Assembly (NCBI GenBank): GCA_944376905.1
Contig: CALWEA010000006.1
Span: 3,563-67,562 of the forward strand
Source: an uncultured Clostridia bacterium
GTDB lineage: Bacteria > Bacillota > Clostridia > Christensenellales > UBA1242
Length of the DNA: 64,000 nucleotides
Direction: 5' to 3'
The notes under the pieces were generated by a model. The model ran no database searches, was not told where the DNA came from, and saw only the letters and a list, made by a program, of their open reading frames with translations. Within the stretch, counting starts at the first letter, position 1, and every line of letters starts with the position of its first letter. A program made the translations under genes and the position numbers. Positions 28,693 through 37,569 of this stretch are shown in pieces.

Positions 28693-29463
28693 TTAATACT
28701 TATATAAATCTTTTCTCAAATTCTTTAAATAGTTCATATTGTAATCATCACAATTTTTGGATAGATTTAAAGTTCCGTAAAGTAGAGCATCGTGGTTTGA
28801 AAATTTACATTCGTTTTTGCCAGTGCTGTTAATTATGTTAGATTGCCCAACAAAAGTAAATTGCGTGTCCTTACCTACATAGTTGCAATAAACAACAGGG
28901 ATAGAATTTTCTATCGCTCTTGATATAATACACATCTTATGTAAGTTGTCATAAGGTTTCATATTCGCCGAAATGCAAATAATCATTTCAGCACCATTAA
29001 GAGCCAGTGTTCGTGCTGTTTCTGGGAATTCTATGTCATAACAAATCAACAATCCAATTTTGCCAAAGGATGTGTCAAAAACTTTTAATTCATTCCCAGC
29101 TGAAAAATATAGTTTTTCATCTCCAAATAGGTGTGTCTTGTCATATAGTCCGACCATTTCTCCATTTTTATCAATAAAGCAAGTGCTGTTGAAAATTTTT
29201 GTTTTTTCTTTTCGTGGGAAGCCAAAAACACAAGCAATATTGTTTCTTTTGCAAACACTTTGCAAATCCTTAATTAAATCATCAGTCTTTGTAATACCAA
29301 TTGTTTTTGTCTTTTCTGTTGCAACATAGCCTGTCAAAAACATTTCGGGGAATACGATTAAATCACAACCTTTTTTAGCCGCTTTTTCTATTGTGTTTTT
29401 CGCAAAAGTCAAGTTTGATTTTATATCTTGCTTCGATTGACATTGAACAAGACAAATTTTCAT
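28693..29463 (-). CDS. Carbon-nitrogen hydrolase (nitrilase superfamily amidohydrolase)
   Basis: E-K-C triad contexts FPEMFLTGY, YDKTHLF and LICYDIEFPE. The MKICLVQ start is typical of the family; the ORF-track GTG at 29523 is less likely. Confidence 0.8.
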   Translation of the reverse strand: MKICLVQCQSKQDIKSNLTFAKNTIEKAAKKGCDLIVFPEMFLTGYVATEKTKTIGITKTDDLIKDLQSVCKRNNIACVFGFPRKEKTKIFNSTCFIDKNGEMVGLYDKTHLFGDEKLYFSAGNELKVFDTSFGKIGLLICYDIEFPETARTLALNGAEMIICISANMKPYDNLHKMCIISRAIENSIPVVYCNYVGKDTQFTFVGQSNIINSTGKNECKFSNHDALLYGTLNLSKNCDDYNMNYLKNLRKDLYKY

Positions 29464-29589
29464 ATATAGTTCCTTTGGATTTAAAAATCTTTCCTTTGTA
29501 AGTTCGGTGACTATTTCCTTCACTTCTTTTTTAAGTGCGGGGCAATAGTTTGTTTTCTCTCCAACGATTTCATAACCTATTTTTTTGTT

Positions 29590-30285
29590 TTAGAAAACCA
29601 CCGGATAGTCCGGTGGTTCCGTGGAGGTTTACCGTTGAGTAAAAATACCTCCTATGATATAATATTTTTGTAGTCTGCCAAGAATACAAAAATATTTAAT
29701 AGGAGGTATGTCATGAAAGACACAAATAGTTTAGCACACAGCTCGTGGAATTGCAAGTATCATATAGTTTTTGCACCTAAATACAGAAGAAAGGTATTTT
29801 ATGGAGAAAAAAGACATGAAATAGGTGCAATTCTACGAGATTTGTGTGCTTGGAAAAATGTTCAAATCATAGAAGCAGAAGCATGCCCAGATCATATACA
29901 TATGCTTGTGGCAATCCCGCCTAAATACAGCGTAGCTGGATTTATGGGTTATCTAAAAGGTAAAAGTAGCGTATTGATTTATGCAAAATATGCTAATATG
30001 AAATTCAAGTATAGAAATAGAGAATTTTGGTGCCGTGGCTACTATGTAGATACGGTCGGAAAGAATACAAAAAAGATAAAAGAATATATCGCAAACCAGT
30101 TAGCAGAAGATAAAAGAATGGAACAAATGACAGTGTATGAAATAGTAGACCCATTTAGTAAGAAATAAAGGTTTGCGTAAATGCAACCGTGCCGGCAGGC
30201 TACTAACGACGCGATTTCGCGTCGCAAAGAACAGAGGGTTTTACCCTCAAATGAAAAACCACTAGTTTTACTAGTGGATTTTTAT
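29590..30285 (+). mobile_element. IS200/IS605-family insertion sequence (IS200-like, tnpA only)
   Basis: About 0.7 kb unit with a Y1 transposase gene. Subterminal hairpins lie at 29595-29617 and 30259-27, each preceded by GAAAA(A)CCAC. Extra 3' hairpins lie at 30208-30223 and 30234-30248. Exact ends were not determined. Confidence 0.7.
29713..30168 (+). CDS. tnpA: IS200-family Y1 (HUH) transposase
   Basis: Carries HSSWNCKYHIVFAPKYRRK, HIHMLVAIPPKYSV (HUH) and the RGYYVDTVG tyrosine region. Length 151 aa. Confidence 0.9.
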   Translation: MKDTNSLAHSSWNCKYHIVFAPKYRRKVFYGEKRHEIGAILRDLCAWKNVQIIEAEACPDHIHMLVAIPPKYSVAGFMGYLKGKSSVLIYAKYANMKFKYRNREFWCRGYYVDTVGKNTKKIKEYIANQLAEDKRMEQMTVYEIVDPFSKK

Positions 30286-30670
30286 TATAAAAATTCACTT
30301 TCTTGAATTCAATTCTTATGATATTTCTAGTCTTATTAAATTTTTAGTTCTAATCAAATTAATTCTTTTCATTTTATATATTTGTATTTTATATTGATTA
30401 GGATAAACAATATTTTCATGAGAATGGGAATTGGGGATAAAATTTATAATTTTTAATTTTGACAAAATATTTATTTGATTTTTGACATATAATAAAATGT
30501 AAACTGCATGAGAAAATAATTGATATAATTTTGCTGAATATATGTTCATTAGTTAGTTAAAAATGTGTCATTCTTCATGCAAGTTCGACTTCCATTAATG
30601 TGGATATCTCCTTTATGCTATAGTCTTTATGTTATTTTAAACAATATATTTTGTAATTTAATAAATTTAT

Positions 30671-30699
30671 TTGACTTGAATATTAATATGTGATAGACT
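30671..30699 (+). promoter_or_regulatory. Sigma-70-type promoter candidate (TTGACT, 17 nt, TAGACT)
   Basis: Hexamers at 30671-30676 and 30694-30699, about 165 nt upstream of the large surface protein gene. Confidence 0.4.
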
Positions 30700-30862
30700 A
30701 CACATAGAGGGGGAGAAAGATGCGTTAGGGGACGTTTGATAATTATAAATTTATTGATTAATTTTATAAATTTATAATAACATAATTTTAGTCGAGATTA
30801 TGTAAAAATCATAAAAAACCTAAAATTTTTATTTAATTTATTATTAAAAAAGGAGAAATTAA

Positions 30863-33800
30863 ATGACAAATGCAAAAAAGGGACAACATTCAAAGTTGTT
30901 GCTCTTAATCGCTGCTTTAGGTTTTATTATATTTTGTGCAGTTGTTTTGACCGCTTGCGGTAAAAAAGACCCAAAATATACTGTTCCTGAAGGACTTACA
31001 GCGACTTATGGTGAGACTTTGGAAGATGTAGTTCTCCCAGAAGGGTTTAGTTGGGAAGACCCAATTACTACTTCAGTTGGAGAAGTAGGAGATAATACAT
31101 TTAAGGTTACTTTTACTCCAGAAGATACAGATAATTATAATACTGTTACTGGAATTGACGTAACCATTACAGTAACTCCAGCAGATTTAGTTGCACCAAC
31201 AGGACTTACAGCGACTTATGGTCAAACACTTGCCGACATATCTTTACCAGAAAATTGGATATGGGCAGTTGAAACTATTACTTCTGTAGGTAATGTTGGA
31301 GAACAAGTTTTTACTGTAAATTATATAGGCGAAGATGCTGAAAATTATGCTAATACAACAAATGTTCAAATAACTATTACTGTTACAAAAGCAAGCAATG
31401 AATTAACAGGAACAGTTTCAATCACAGGTTGGACATATGGAGAAGAAGCAAACACTCCATCAGGTGTTGAGGCTACATTTGGTGATGTAGTTTATAAATA
31501 CAGCACATCAGAAGATGGTCAATATTCAGAAGTAGTTCCAACAGATGCAGGAACATACTATGTTAAAGCAGTTGTAGTAGGAACTGTAAACTACGACGGA
31601 GCAGAAAGCGAAGCAGTAGAATTTGCTATTGCTAAAGCAGATTTAGTTGCTCCAACAGGGCTTACAGCAACATATGGTCAAACACTTGCTGATGTAGAAG
31701 TTCCAGAAAATTGGACGTGGACAGCAGTAGAAACATCAGTTGGTAATGTAGGTGAAAATACATTTACAATAAAATATGCTGGTGAAGATGCTGCAAATTA
31801 TAACCAAGTAGAATTTGAAGTTAAAGTTGCTGTTGCAAAAGCAAGCAATGAAGTAACAGGAACAGTTTCAATCACAGGTTGGACATATGGAGAAGAAGCA
31901 AACACTCCATCAGGTGTTGAGGCTACATTTGGTGATGTAGTTTATAAATACAGCACATCAGAAGATGGTCAATATTCAGAAGTAGTTCCAACAGATGCAG
32001 GAACATACTATGTTAAAGCAGTTGTAGAAGGAACTGAAAATTATGACGGAGCAGAAAGCGAAGCAGTAGAATTTACTATTGCTAAAGCAGACCCTGAATA
32101 TACTGCACCAACTTTTGAAGAAACTTATGATGTTCACACAACTTTAAGCGAACTTACTTTCGAAGATGAAAGATTTTCTTGGAAAGAACCTGCAACTGTA
32201 GTTGCTTTTGGAGAAAATAGTTATACAGCTGTATATACACCAGAAGATACAGCAAACTATAATACTGTTGAAGTTCAAATTGCAGTTACAGGTGGTTATG
32301 TAATGCCTAAAGTTGAAGCAGATTTAGGGGAAGCAGCATTTACTATTGATAATGCTACTATCTCTAACACTATGGGTAATGACGTAACTCCTTCTATTAC
32401 AGTTGGCAAATTGACTGTTGATGAAGACTATGCAGTTATTTGGCAATATTATAATGAAAGTAAATCTGCTTGGGAAAATGTAAGTTATCATGTTGGATTT
32501 GCTGCAGGTGAATACAAAGCAATTATCAAAGGACTTAATAATTATGATGGTCAACAAAAGGAAGCACTCTTTACAGTAACCAAATCTGAATTCAATGGAA
32601 CTATTGAAATTCAAAGTGTAGATTTTAGTGTTTATGAAGGAGGCACAGTTGCAGACATAACTGTTAAGGAACTTGAAAACTTCTTTGGAACATTAACTTG
32701 GGATACAGAAGACCCAGATTATGCAACACCATTTGAAATAGGTGAAAATGTAAGATATGCTGATATTACAGGCGGAAGAAATTACAATGCAAAAGAGCAT
32801 GTTGCAGTTACTATTGTAGTTGCAAAAACTATCAAAAATTTCACTGAATTTAAAACTGCTATTAGCGAAGGAACAACTGAACTTTATATCACAGGAACAA
32901 CTGTTGTTAACGAAGATATAACAGTTCCAAAAGGTGTTTCAATCAGAGTTAAAAAGAGTGTAAACTTCACAGTTAACGGTGGAACATTAACTATGGAAGG
33001 ATTCTCTATTGTTAATGAAGGAAAAGTTAATACTAGAGCAACAAACTCTTTACTTAAAGGTGATTTTGTAATCCTTGCAAACACTGCAAATAATGTTGTT
33101 TCAGCAGTTAATTCCGGATTTGTAAGCAAAATTGTTTTAAATAATGATATTAATTTTATTGAAAATCAAGTTTGGAAATTCACTAGTGCTAGAACATTAG
33201 AGATTGATTTAAATGGTCATAATATTAATGGTTCTATTGCAATTACAACAAATGATAATGATGCTGAAGATCCACACGCAGCAGTTGCCGATAAAATTGA
33301 TATTACTATCACAAACTCTCAAGAAGAGGGTGGTAAAATCACAGGTAAAATGATTGGTAACGTAAATTATGCTTTATTTGTTGAAGGAAATGCCGAAGCA
33401 TTGACTGTAAAACTTAATAATGTTATCGTTGAAAGTGCAGGATTTGCCCTTTCTACAAACGGACAATATGCAGGAGCAACTATTGTTGCAACTGACAGCA
33501 CGTTCACATCAACACTTAATAATAAAGTTGCCGTTTATCTTCCTGCAGATTACACAGTAACATTTACTAATTGTCAAATCTCTGGTGCAACAGGTATTTA
33601 CGTTCGTAATGGTAACGTTACTATTTCAAACAGCACTGTTACAGCAACAGGTGAATATGTTGAACCTGTTTTCACTCAAGGTAGTGCACAATCAATAGGT
33701 AGTGCAATAATTGTTGACTCTGCTTATGGATATGCAGATGAAATCACTGTTACAGTTACTGGAACTACTATTAACAGCACTAATGGTTATGGTATTCATG

Positions 33801-33907
33801 AGATAGCAACTGCTCCAGAAGGACAAGAGGCTAAAGATGTTGCTATTGTAACACAAAGTGAAAATACAATTCAAGCAACAAAAGGTGAAACAATCATTCT
33901 TCAATAA
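30863..33907 (+). CDS. Large surface lipoprotein with repeated YG-type (MBG-like) domains and a C-terminal beta-helix-like region
   Basis: Signal peptide with lipobox VLTAC. The motif TATYG(E/Q)TL.D..LPE.. recurs at least 4 times. SD AAAGGAG. Confidence 0.8.
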   Translation: MTNAKKGQHSKLLLLIAALGFIIFCAVVLTACGKKDPKYTVPEGLTATYGETLEDVVLPEGFSWEDPITTSVGEVGDNTFKVTFTPEDTDNYNTVTGIDVTITVTPADLVAPTGLTATYGQTLADISLPENWIWAVETITSVGNVGEQVFTVNYIGEDAENYANTTNVQITITVTKASNELTGTVSITGWTYGEEANTPSGVEATFGDVVYKYSTSEDGQYSEVVPTDAGTYYVKAVVVGTVNYDGAESEAVEFAIAKADLVAPTGLTATYGQTLADVEVPENWTWTAVETSVGNVGENTFTIKYAGEDAANYNQVEFEVKVAVAKASNEVTGTVSITGWTYGEEANTPSGVEATFGDVVYKYSTSEDGQYSEVVPTDAGTYYVKAVVEGTENYDGAESEAVEFTIAKADPEYTAPTFEETYDVHTTLSELTFEDERFSWKEPATVVAFGENSYTAVYTPEDTANYNTVEVQIAVTGGYVMPKVEADLGEAAFTIDNATISNTMGNDVTPSITVGKLTVDEDYAVIWQYYNESKSAWENVSYHVGFAAGEYKAIIKGLNNYDGQQKEALFTVTKSEFNGTIEIQSVDFSVYEGGTVADITVKELENFFGTLTWDTEDPDYATPFEIGENVRYADITGGRNYNAKEHVAVTIVVAKTIKNFTEFKTAISEGTTELYITGTTVVNEDITVPKGVSIRVKKSVNFTVNGGTLTMEGFSIVNEGKVNTRATNSLLKGDFVILANTANNVVSAVNSGFVSKIVLNNDINFIENQVWKFTSARTLEIDLNGHNINGSIAITTNDNDAEDPHAAVADKIDITITNSQEEGGKITGKMIGNVNYALFVEGNAEALTVKLNNVIVESAGFALSTNGQYAGATIVATDSTFTSTLNNKVAVYLPADYTVTFTNCQISGATGIYVRNGNVTISNSTVTATGEYVEPVFTQGSAQSIGSAIIVDSAYGYADEITVTVTGTTINSTNGYGIHEIATAPEGQEAKDVAIVTQSENTIQATKGETIILQ
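31181..32086 (+). repeat. Tandem intragenic duplication (units 31181-31636 and 31637-32086)
   Basis: The 3' 260 bp of each unit (31381-31640 versus 31831-32090) differ at about 7 positions by my count. The 5' parts are clearly more diverged and differ by a 6-nt indel. Confidence 0.9.
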
Positions 33908-34020
33908 TTTCATAAATAAAGAAATTATTGTTTAAACTTAAATTATTTGATTTATCACGGGGTTAGAGTAATCTACTTCCCCCCTTCCGTGATTAAATTG
34001 AATATAAAAGAAGTGTAATT

Positions 34021-34293
34021 ATGGGATATTCAAAAGAATTTAAAGAAAAGGTAAGAGCACAATTATCTTGGGTTAAAGATATAGATCAATTATTGGAAGA
34101 TAATGACTATGTCATTGGTAGATATTTAGATGACAATAGACGATTTGGTATCTCACCAGATAAAATTATTGAAGTTTTAGAAGGGAATGATGAAAAACTC
34201 AAGGAAGAGGTTCTTGCAAAAGCGAAAAAAGCAAAAGCCTTTAGTGATTTGTATAATGAATGGTTTGAATACATAGATAGAGAAAAATTTTAA
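34021..34293 (+). CDS. Hypothetical 90-aa protein
   Basis: An ORF with charged helical composition and no recognisable motif. Confidence 0.4.
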   Translation: MGYSKEFKEKVRAQLSWVKDIDQLLEDNDYVIGRYLDDNRRFGISPDKIIEVLEGNDEKLKEEVLAKAKKAKAFSDLYNEWFEYIDREKF

Positions 34294-34353
34294 TCTAATT
34301 CTATTTATCCTATTGCTTTTTAAATAAATTAATGATTAAATTAAGTTATCAAT

Positions 34354-34408
34354 AAAAAACCTATTAAATTTAAAGTGGACCACACTAATATGTTAATAGG
34401 TTTTTTTA
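34354..34408 (+). terminator. Possible terminator (10-bp stem AACCTATTAA/TTAATAGGTT, large loop, T-run)
   Basis: Read directly. The 25-nt loop makes it atypical. Confidence 0.4.
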
Positions 34409-34701
34409 TTTATATTTTATTTGTTAAAAAATTTATTATAAAAATCTTATTTATCTAAAAATTTTTATTTTAATGTGCAGTTTAATTGAGAAAAATTAAT
34501 AAATATTTTTTACTAAAGAAATATAATGTTTTAAAAGCAAATTCGCAATATTTATGTTTTATTTTAAAATTTAATGTTTATATGCGATTTAATTTGAGAA
34601 TTTTGTATTATTTTTATAATAAATATATTTATAGTTAAAATTTTTGTCTATTATTTGTTTTATTTTATATTTTTGTGATAAGATATATATGGAGTAAAAA
34701 T

Positions 34702-34908
34702 ATGAGAAATATTAATTATAATAGTAAAGAATATTTAGAAAAAGTTAATAAGTATTGGTCTGCTTGCAATTATCTTTCTGTTGCACAATTATATTTACTT
34801 GACAATCCGCTTTTGAAAGAACCATTAAAATGGAGTCATATTAAGAAAAAAATTGTAGGACATTGGGGAACTGTAGCGGGACAAAATTTTGTTTATGCTC
34901 TATACTAA
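34702..34908 (+). pseudogene. xfp: Truncated 5' end (about 68 codons) of a phosphoketolase gene
   Basis: [53 protein letters not shown] matches the phosphoketolase N-terminus. Homology ends after VYA, and a stop follows 22 nt before the relaxase stop codon. Confidence 0.75.
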
Positions 34909-34929
34909 ATATTTCTATAAAAATCTCAT

Positions 34930-36126
34930 TTACATTTCAAAATCACTACTTAAATATCCTTGTTCAATCAATGTTTTAATTCTCATCTCTTCAAGCGTAT
35001 TCATATAATCTTGAAATGCTTTAATAGTCTCGTATTCAACCTTTGAATTAAGATATAAACACTCATCAATTTCTTTTATCAACTTGCGTTTTTGAATGCG
35101 TTTTTCTACCAAATTTTTAGCATTCAATTTTAATCTATCGTTTTCTTTAAGTTTTAAATTTTTAGCACTTTCAATGACAAGATTGCCAAGTCTTCGATAG
35201 ATATCATTCATCATTTTATCGCCAACACTTTGAATAGGTTTATCATACCCGTTACGCCTGCAATAGTTGTTCACAAGTTCATCTTTTTCTTTCACCATTT
35301 CATCAAAATCTTGTTTGTAAAGTGATATATTTGAATTGTGTTTAATGATGTAGTTTGAAATATTATCAACCTGTGATTTTAAATTTTGCATACTTTCAGA
35401 ATTGTAAAAAGTGGGCTTATTTTGTGGAATTTGATTTGCAAGACTTATTAGCATATTCTTTAATTTAAGACTTGAAATCCCGCTTATTTCCTCTTTAAAA
35501 CTTTTTGTTAAATTAGTTCTTAACTTAATCTCTCGTGCTTTAAAGTCGGTTGCTATAAGTTCAATATTTGCCTTAAACTCGTCCATTGCCTTTGATGATA
35601 TTCGGCCACGAGAAAAACCTTTTTCATTACCTCTAATTCGCAAAGGTTGTTTCTCAAAAAAGACTATGTGAATATGCCTGTTATCAGTGTTTTCGTGAAG
35701 CCCTGCAAACCATTCAATGTTGTTAGGATTAAGTCCTGCTCGTTTGAAATATTTAGGCAATTCACTCTTAACTAGATTGTAAGCTTGCTCAAAATTTGCA
35801 CACCATTTTTTGCCAAACTTCTCTTCAAAAGAAATAATACCGCTCCAAATAACTGACTTTGTTTTTCTTAAATCTTTTCTCACTTTTGCAATATCTTCAC
35901 TTTTCATCTTACCATTTTGATTAAATATTCCAGATGATTTTGAATTATTGTTTGAATACTCGACAAAATCAAGTTTTTGTAAATCCTTAATACCCGTTGC
36001 AATATATTTTAAATAATCACTATATTTGTTTGAAGAATAATAATCTCTCTTGTCCTGCATTTTCTTATCTTTGTAGTGGGGTAGAAAGAACTCTTGCATA
36101 TACACAACATTAGGAACACTATTCAT
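34930..36126 (-). CDS. Relaxase-like mobilization protein (paralog, module B1)
   Basis: WFAGLHENTDNRHIHIVFFEK. Same architecture as 26693-27871 and ends in DFEM. Confidence 0.65.
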   Translation of the reverse strand: MNSVPNVVYMQEFFLPHYKDKKMQDKRDYYSSNKYSDYLKYIATGIKDLQKLDFVEYSNNNSKSSGIFNQNGKMKSEDIAKVRKDLRKTKSVIWSGIISFEEKFGKKWCANFEQAYNLVKSELPKYFKRAGLNPNNIEWFAGLHENTDNRHIHIVFFEKQPLRIRGNEKGFSRGRISSKAMDEFKANIELIATDFKAREIKLRTNLTKSFKEEISGISSLKLKNMLISLANQIPQNKPTFYNSESMQNLKSQVDNISNYIIKHNSNISLYKQDFDEMVKEKDELVNNYCRRNGYDKPIQSVGDKMMNDIYRRLGNLVIESAKNLKLKENDRLKLNAKNLVEKRIQKRKLIKEIDECLYLNSKVEYETIKAFQDYMNTLEEMRIKTLIEQGYLSSDFEM

Positions 36127-36577
36127 TTAACAACTCTCGCAAATGGTTTTGTTTTTCTTCTTCAAGTCCATACTCATCAAGTGGAGTATATTTCCAATTG
36201 TTTGTGTAGTTGTATATATTGATATTGCTAATTTTATTTAAAAGTTTAGTTATTAAGTTCAAAAGCGATTGATTAGTTTTAATCTCAGCATTTGTTTGAA
36301 CATAGTCCATTTTTTGCCTGCCCATAATATTTGCAAGTTTTTCATCTATGTTTTGCAAATATTTTCTTATCTCCGAAAAGTTTATACTTTGATTTATAAC
36401 ATTATCTCCAAGCAGTTTATCCGCACCAACCAAAGCAAAATACTTTACCATATCACTTTTGCTGTCAAACTTATCTGCAAACATTTTAATTGCTCTTTCA
36501 AAAACCTTGTTTTCTTCTTCATCATACACCCGAAACAAATAACAATTCTTTAAATCTTTTGTTTTTATTCTTGCCAT
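36119..36577 (-). CDS. Relaxosome accessory-type protein (about 150 aa, RHH-like N-terminus)
   Basis: Overlaps the relaxase start. GGGAGG SD lies before ATG 36577. N-terminal YLFRVYDEEENKVFERAIKMF...MVKYFALVG. Confidence 0.5.
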   Translation of the reverse strand: MARIKTKDLKNCYLFRVYDEEENKVFERAIKMFADKFDSKSDMVKYFALVGADKLLGDNVINQSINFSEIRKYLQNIDEKLANIMGRQKMDYVQTNAEIKTNQSLLNLITKLLNKISNINIYNYTNNWKYTPLDEYGLEEEKQNHLRELLNE

Positions 36578-36675
36578 AAAACCTCCCAATAATTTTTAAA
36601 GTCTTTCTATATCTTTTCCTATTTCAAATTAAAGGGACAATAATTTTCACCTCCTTTTAATTTACAACAAAAAAA

Positions 36676-36700
36676 AGAACTGTCGGCGGATAACAGTTCT
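36676..36700. promoter_or_regulatory. Conserved hairpin AGAACTGT-CGGCGGATA-ACAGTTCT upstream of the mob operon
   Basis: Same loop with different stems at 45723-45747 and 58972-58996. Followed by a CCCCTCAT..TATA box (minus-strand TATAAT-like). Confidence 0.7.
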
Positions 36701-36787
36701 CTATTTCGTTTTATATTTATAGCCCCTCATTATATAGGACAAAAATAAGCAAAAAATTAAGGCATTTTTAGAGTTTTATGTTAAATT

Positions 36788-37531
36788 TTAAAAAAATTTT
36801 TGTTTTAAAGCCTTTTCTTTCAGTTTTTCAATAAAATCATCAACCATTTTTAACACTTGCATAACATTTCCTTTAAAAGTTTTAAGTTTTTCAAAGTGAG
36901 CCTCAATTCCATATTCTGCAAATGCTTTGTTTGTATTTTTAATCCAATTATCGTCAAGATTAGAGTAGTCAATTTGTTTGCTTAATTGCTCTTTAATGTT
37001 TTTATTTGCACCAGTCTTTATTGTGCGTGAAATTGCTTTCTTAATCTCTTTTATCAAATCTTGCACATCATTCAAATTTACTTTAAATTGACCAGTTTTT
37101 CTTATTTCTTCAATATATTGTTTAAATCCTTGTTCGGTTTCAAGTTGTAGATTATAAAATTCTTCAGTATCTTTAAATTCTTTATCATTGCAAAGATAAG
37201 TGCGATAATTTAAGAAAATCGTATCAAGTCTTCCATTGATAGCAGCAGGGCTAATACCTAACTTTTCGGCAATATCTTTTTGCTTAACACCAGTCATATA
37301 GTCAAGCAAAATTTCTCTATCTTCTTGTGACAATTTATAAATATTCCTGTATAAAACTTTAGTGTTGATTTTCTTCTGCCATTCATCTTCAGCAGAAACA
37401 GAGTAGTGTCCATGATTTGCGATAACGTTTTCTATATCTTGACCAGTTTTCTGTTCAATCTGTGAAAAACTAACTTCGTGCCTTCTTACTTTTCTTTCCA
37501 AGCTTTCTATACTAGGTTGTTTATCTTCCAT
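36788..37531 (-). CDS. Sigma-70 region-4 / LuxR-type HTH protein (element regulator)
   Basis: LSQEDREILLDYMTGVKQKDIAEKLGISPAAINGRLD. A paralog sits at the same relative position in E2 (45833-46600). Confidence 0.55.
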   Translation of the reverse strand: MEDKQPSIESLERKVRRHEVSFSQIEQKTGQDIENVIANHGHYSVSAEDEWQKKINTKVLYRNIYKLSQEDREILLDYMTGVKQKDIAEKLGISPAAINGRLDTIFLNYRTYLCNDKEFKDTEEFYNLQLETEQGFKQYIEEIRKTGQFKVNLNDVQDLIKEIKKAISRTIKTGANKNIKEQLSKQIDYSNLDDNWIKNTNKAFAEYGIEAHFEKLKTFKGNVMQVLKMVDDFIEKLKEKALKQKFF

Positions 37532-37569
37532 ATTTTATACCTCAAAAATTAAGATTAATGGTTAAACTA

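Noticed and set aside
30316-30549. 77-aa minus-strand ORF between the IS200-like element and the surface protein gene
   Set aside because: It has low-complexity I/N/K/Y-rich composition and no SD or motif. It overlaps the probable promoter region of the downstream gene, so it is likely spurious.
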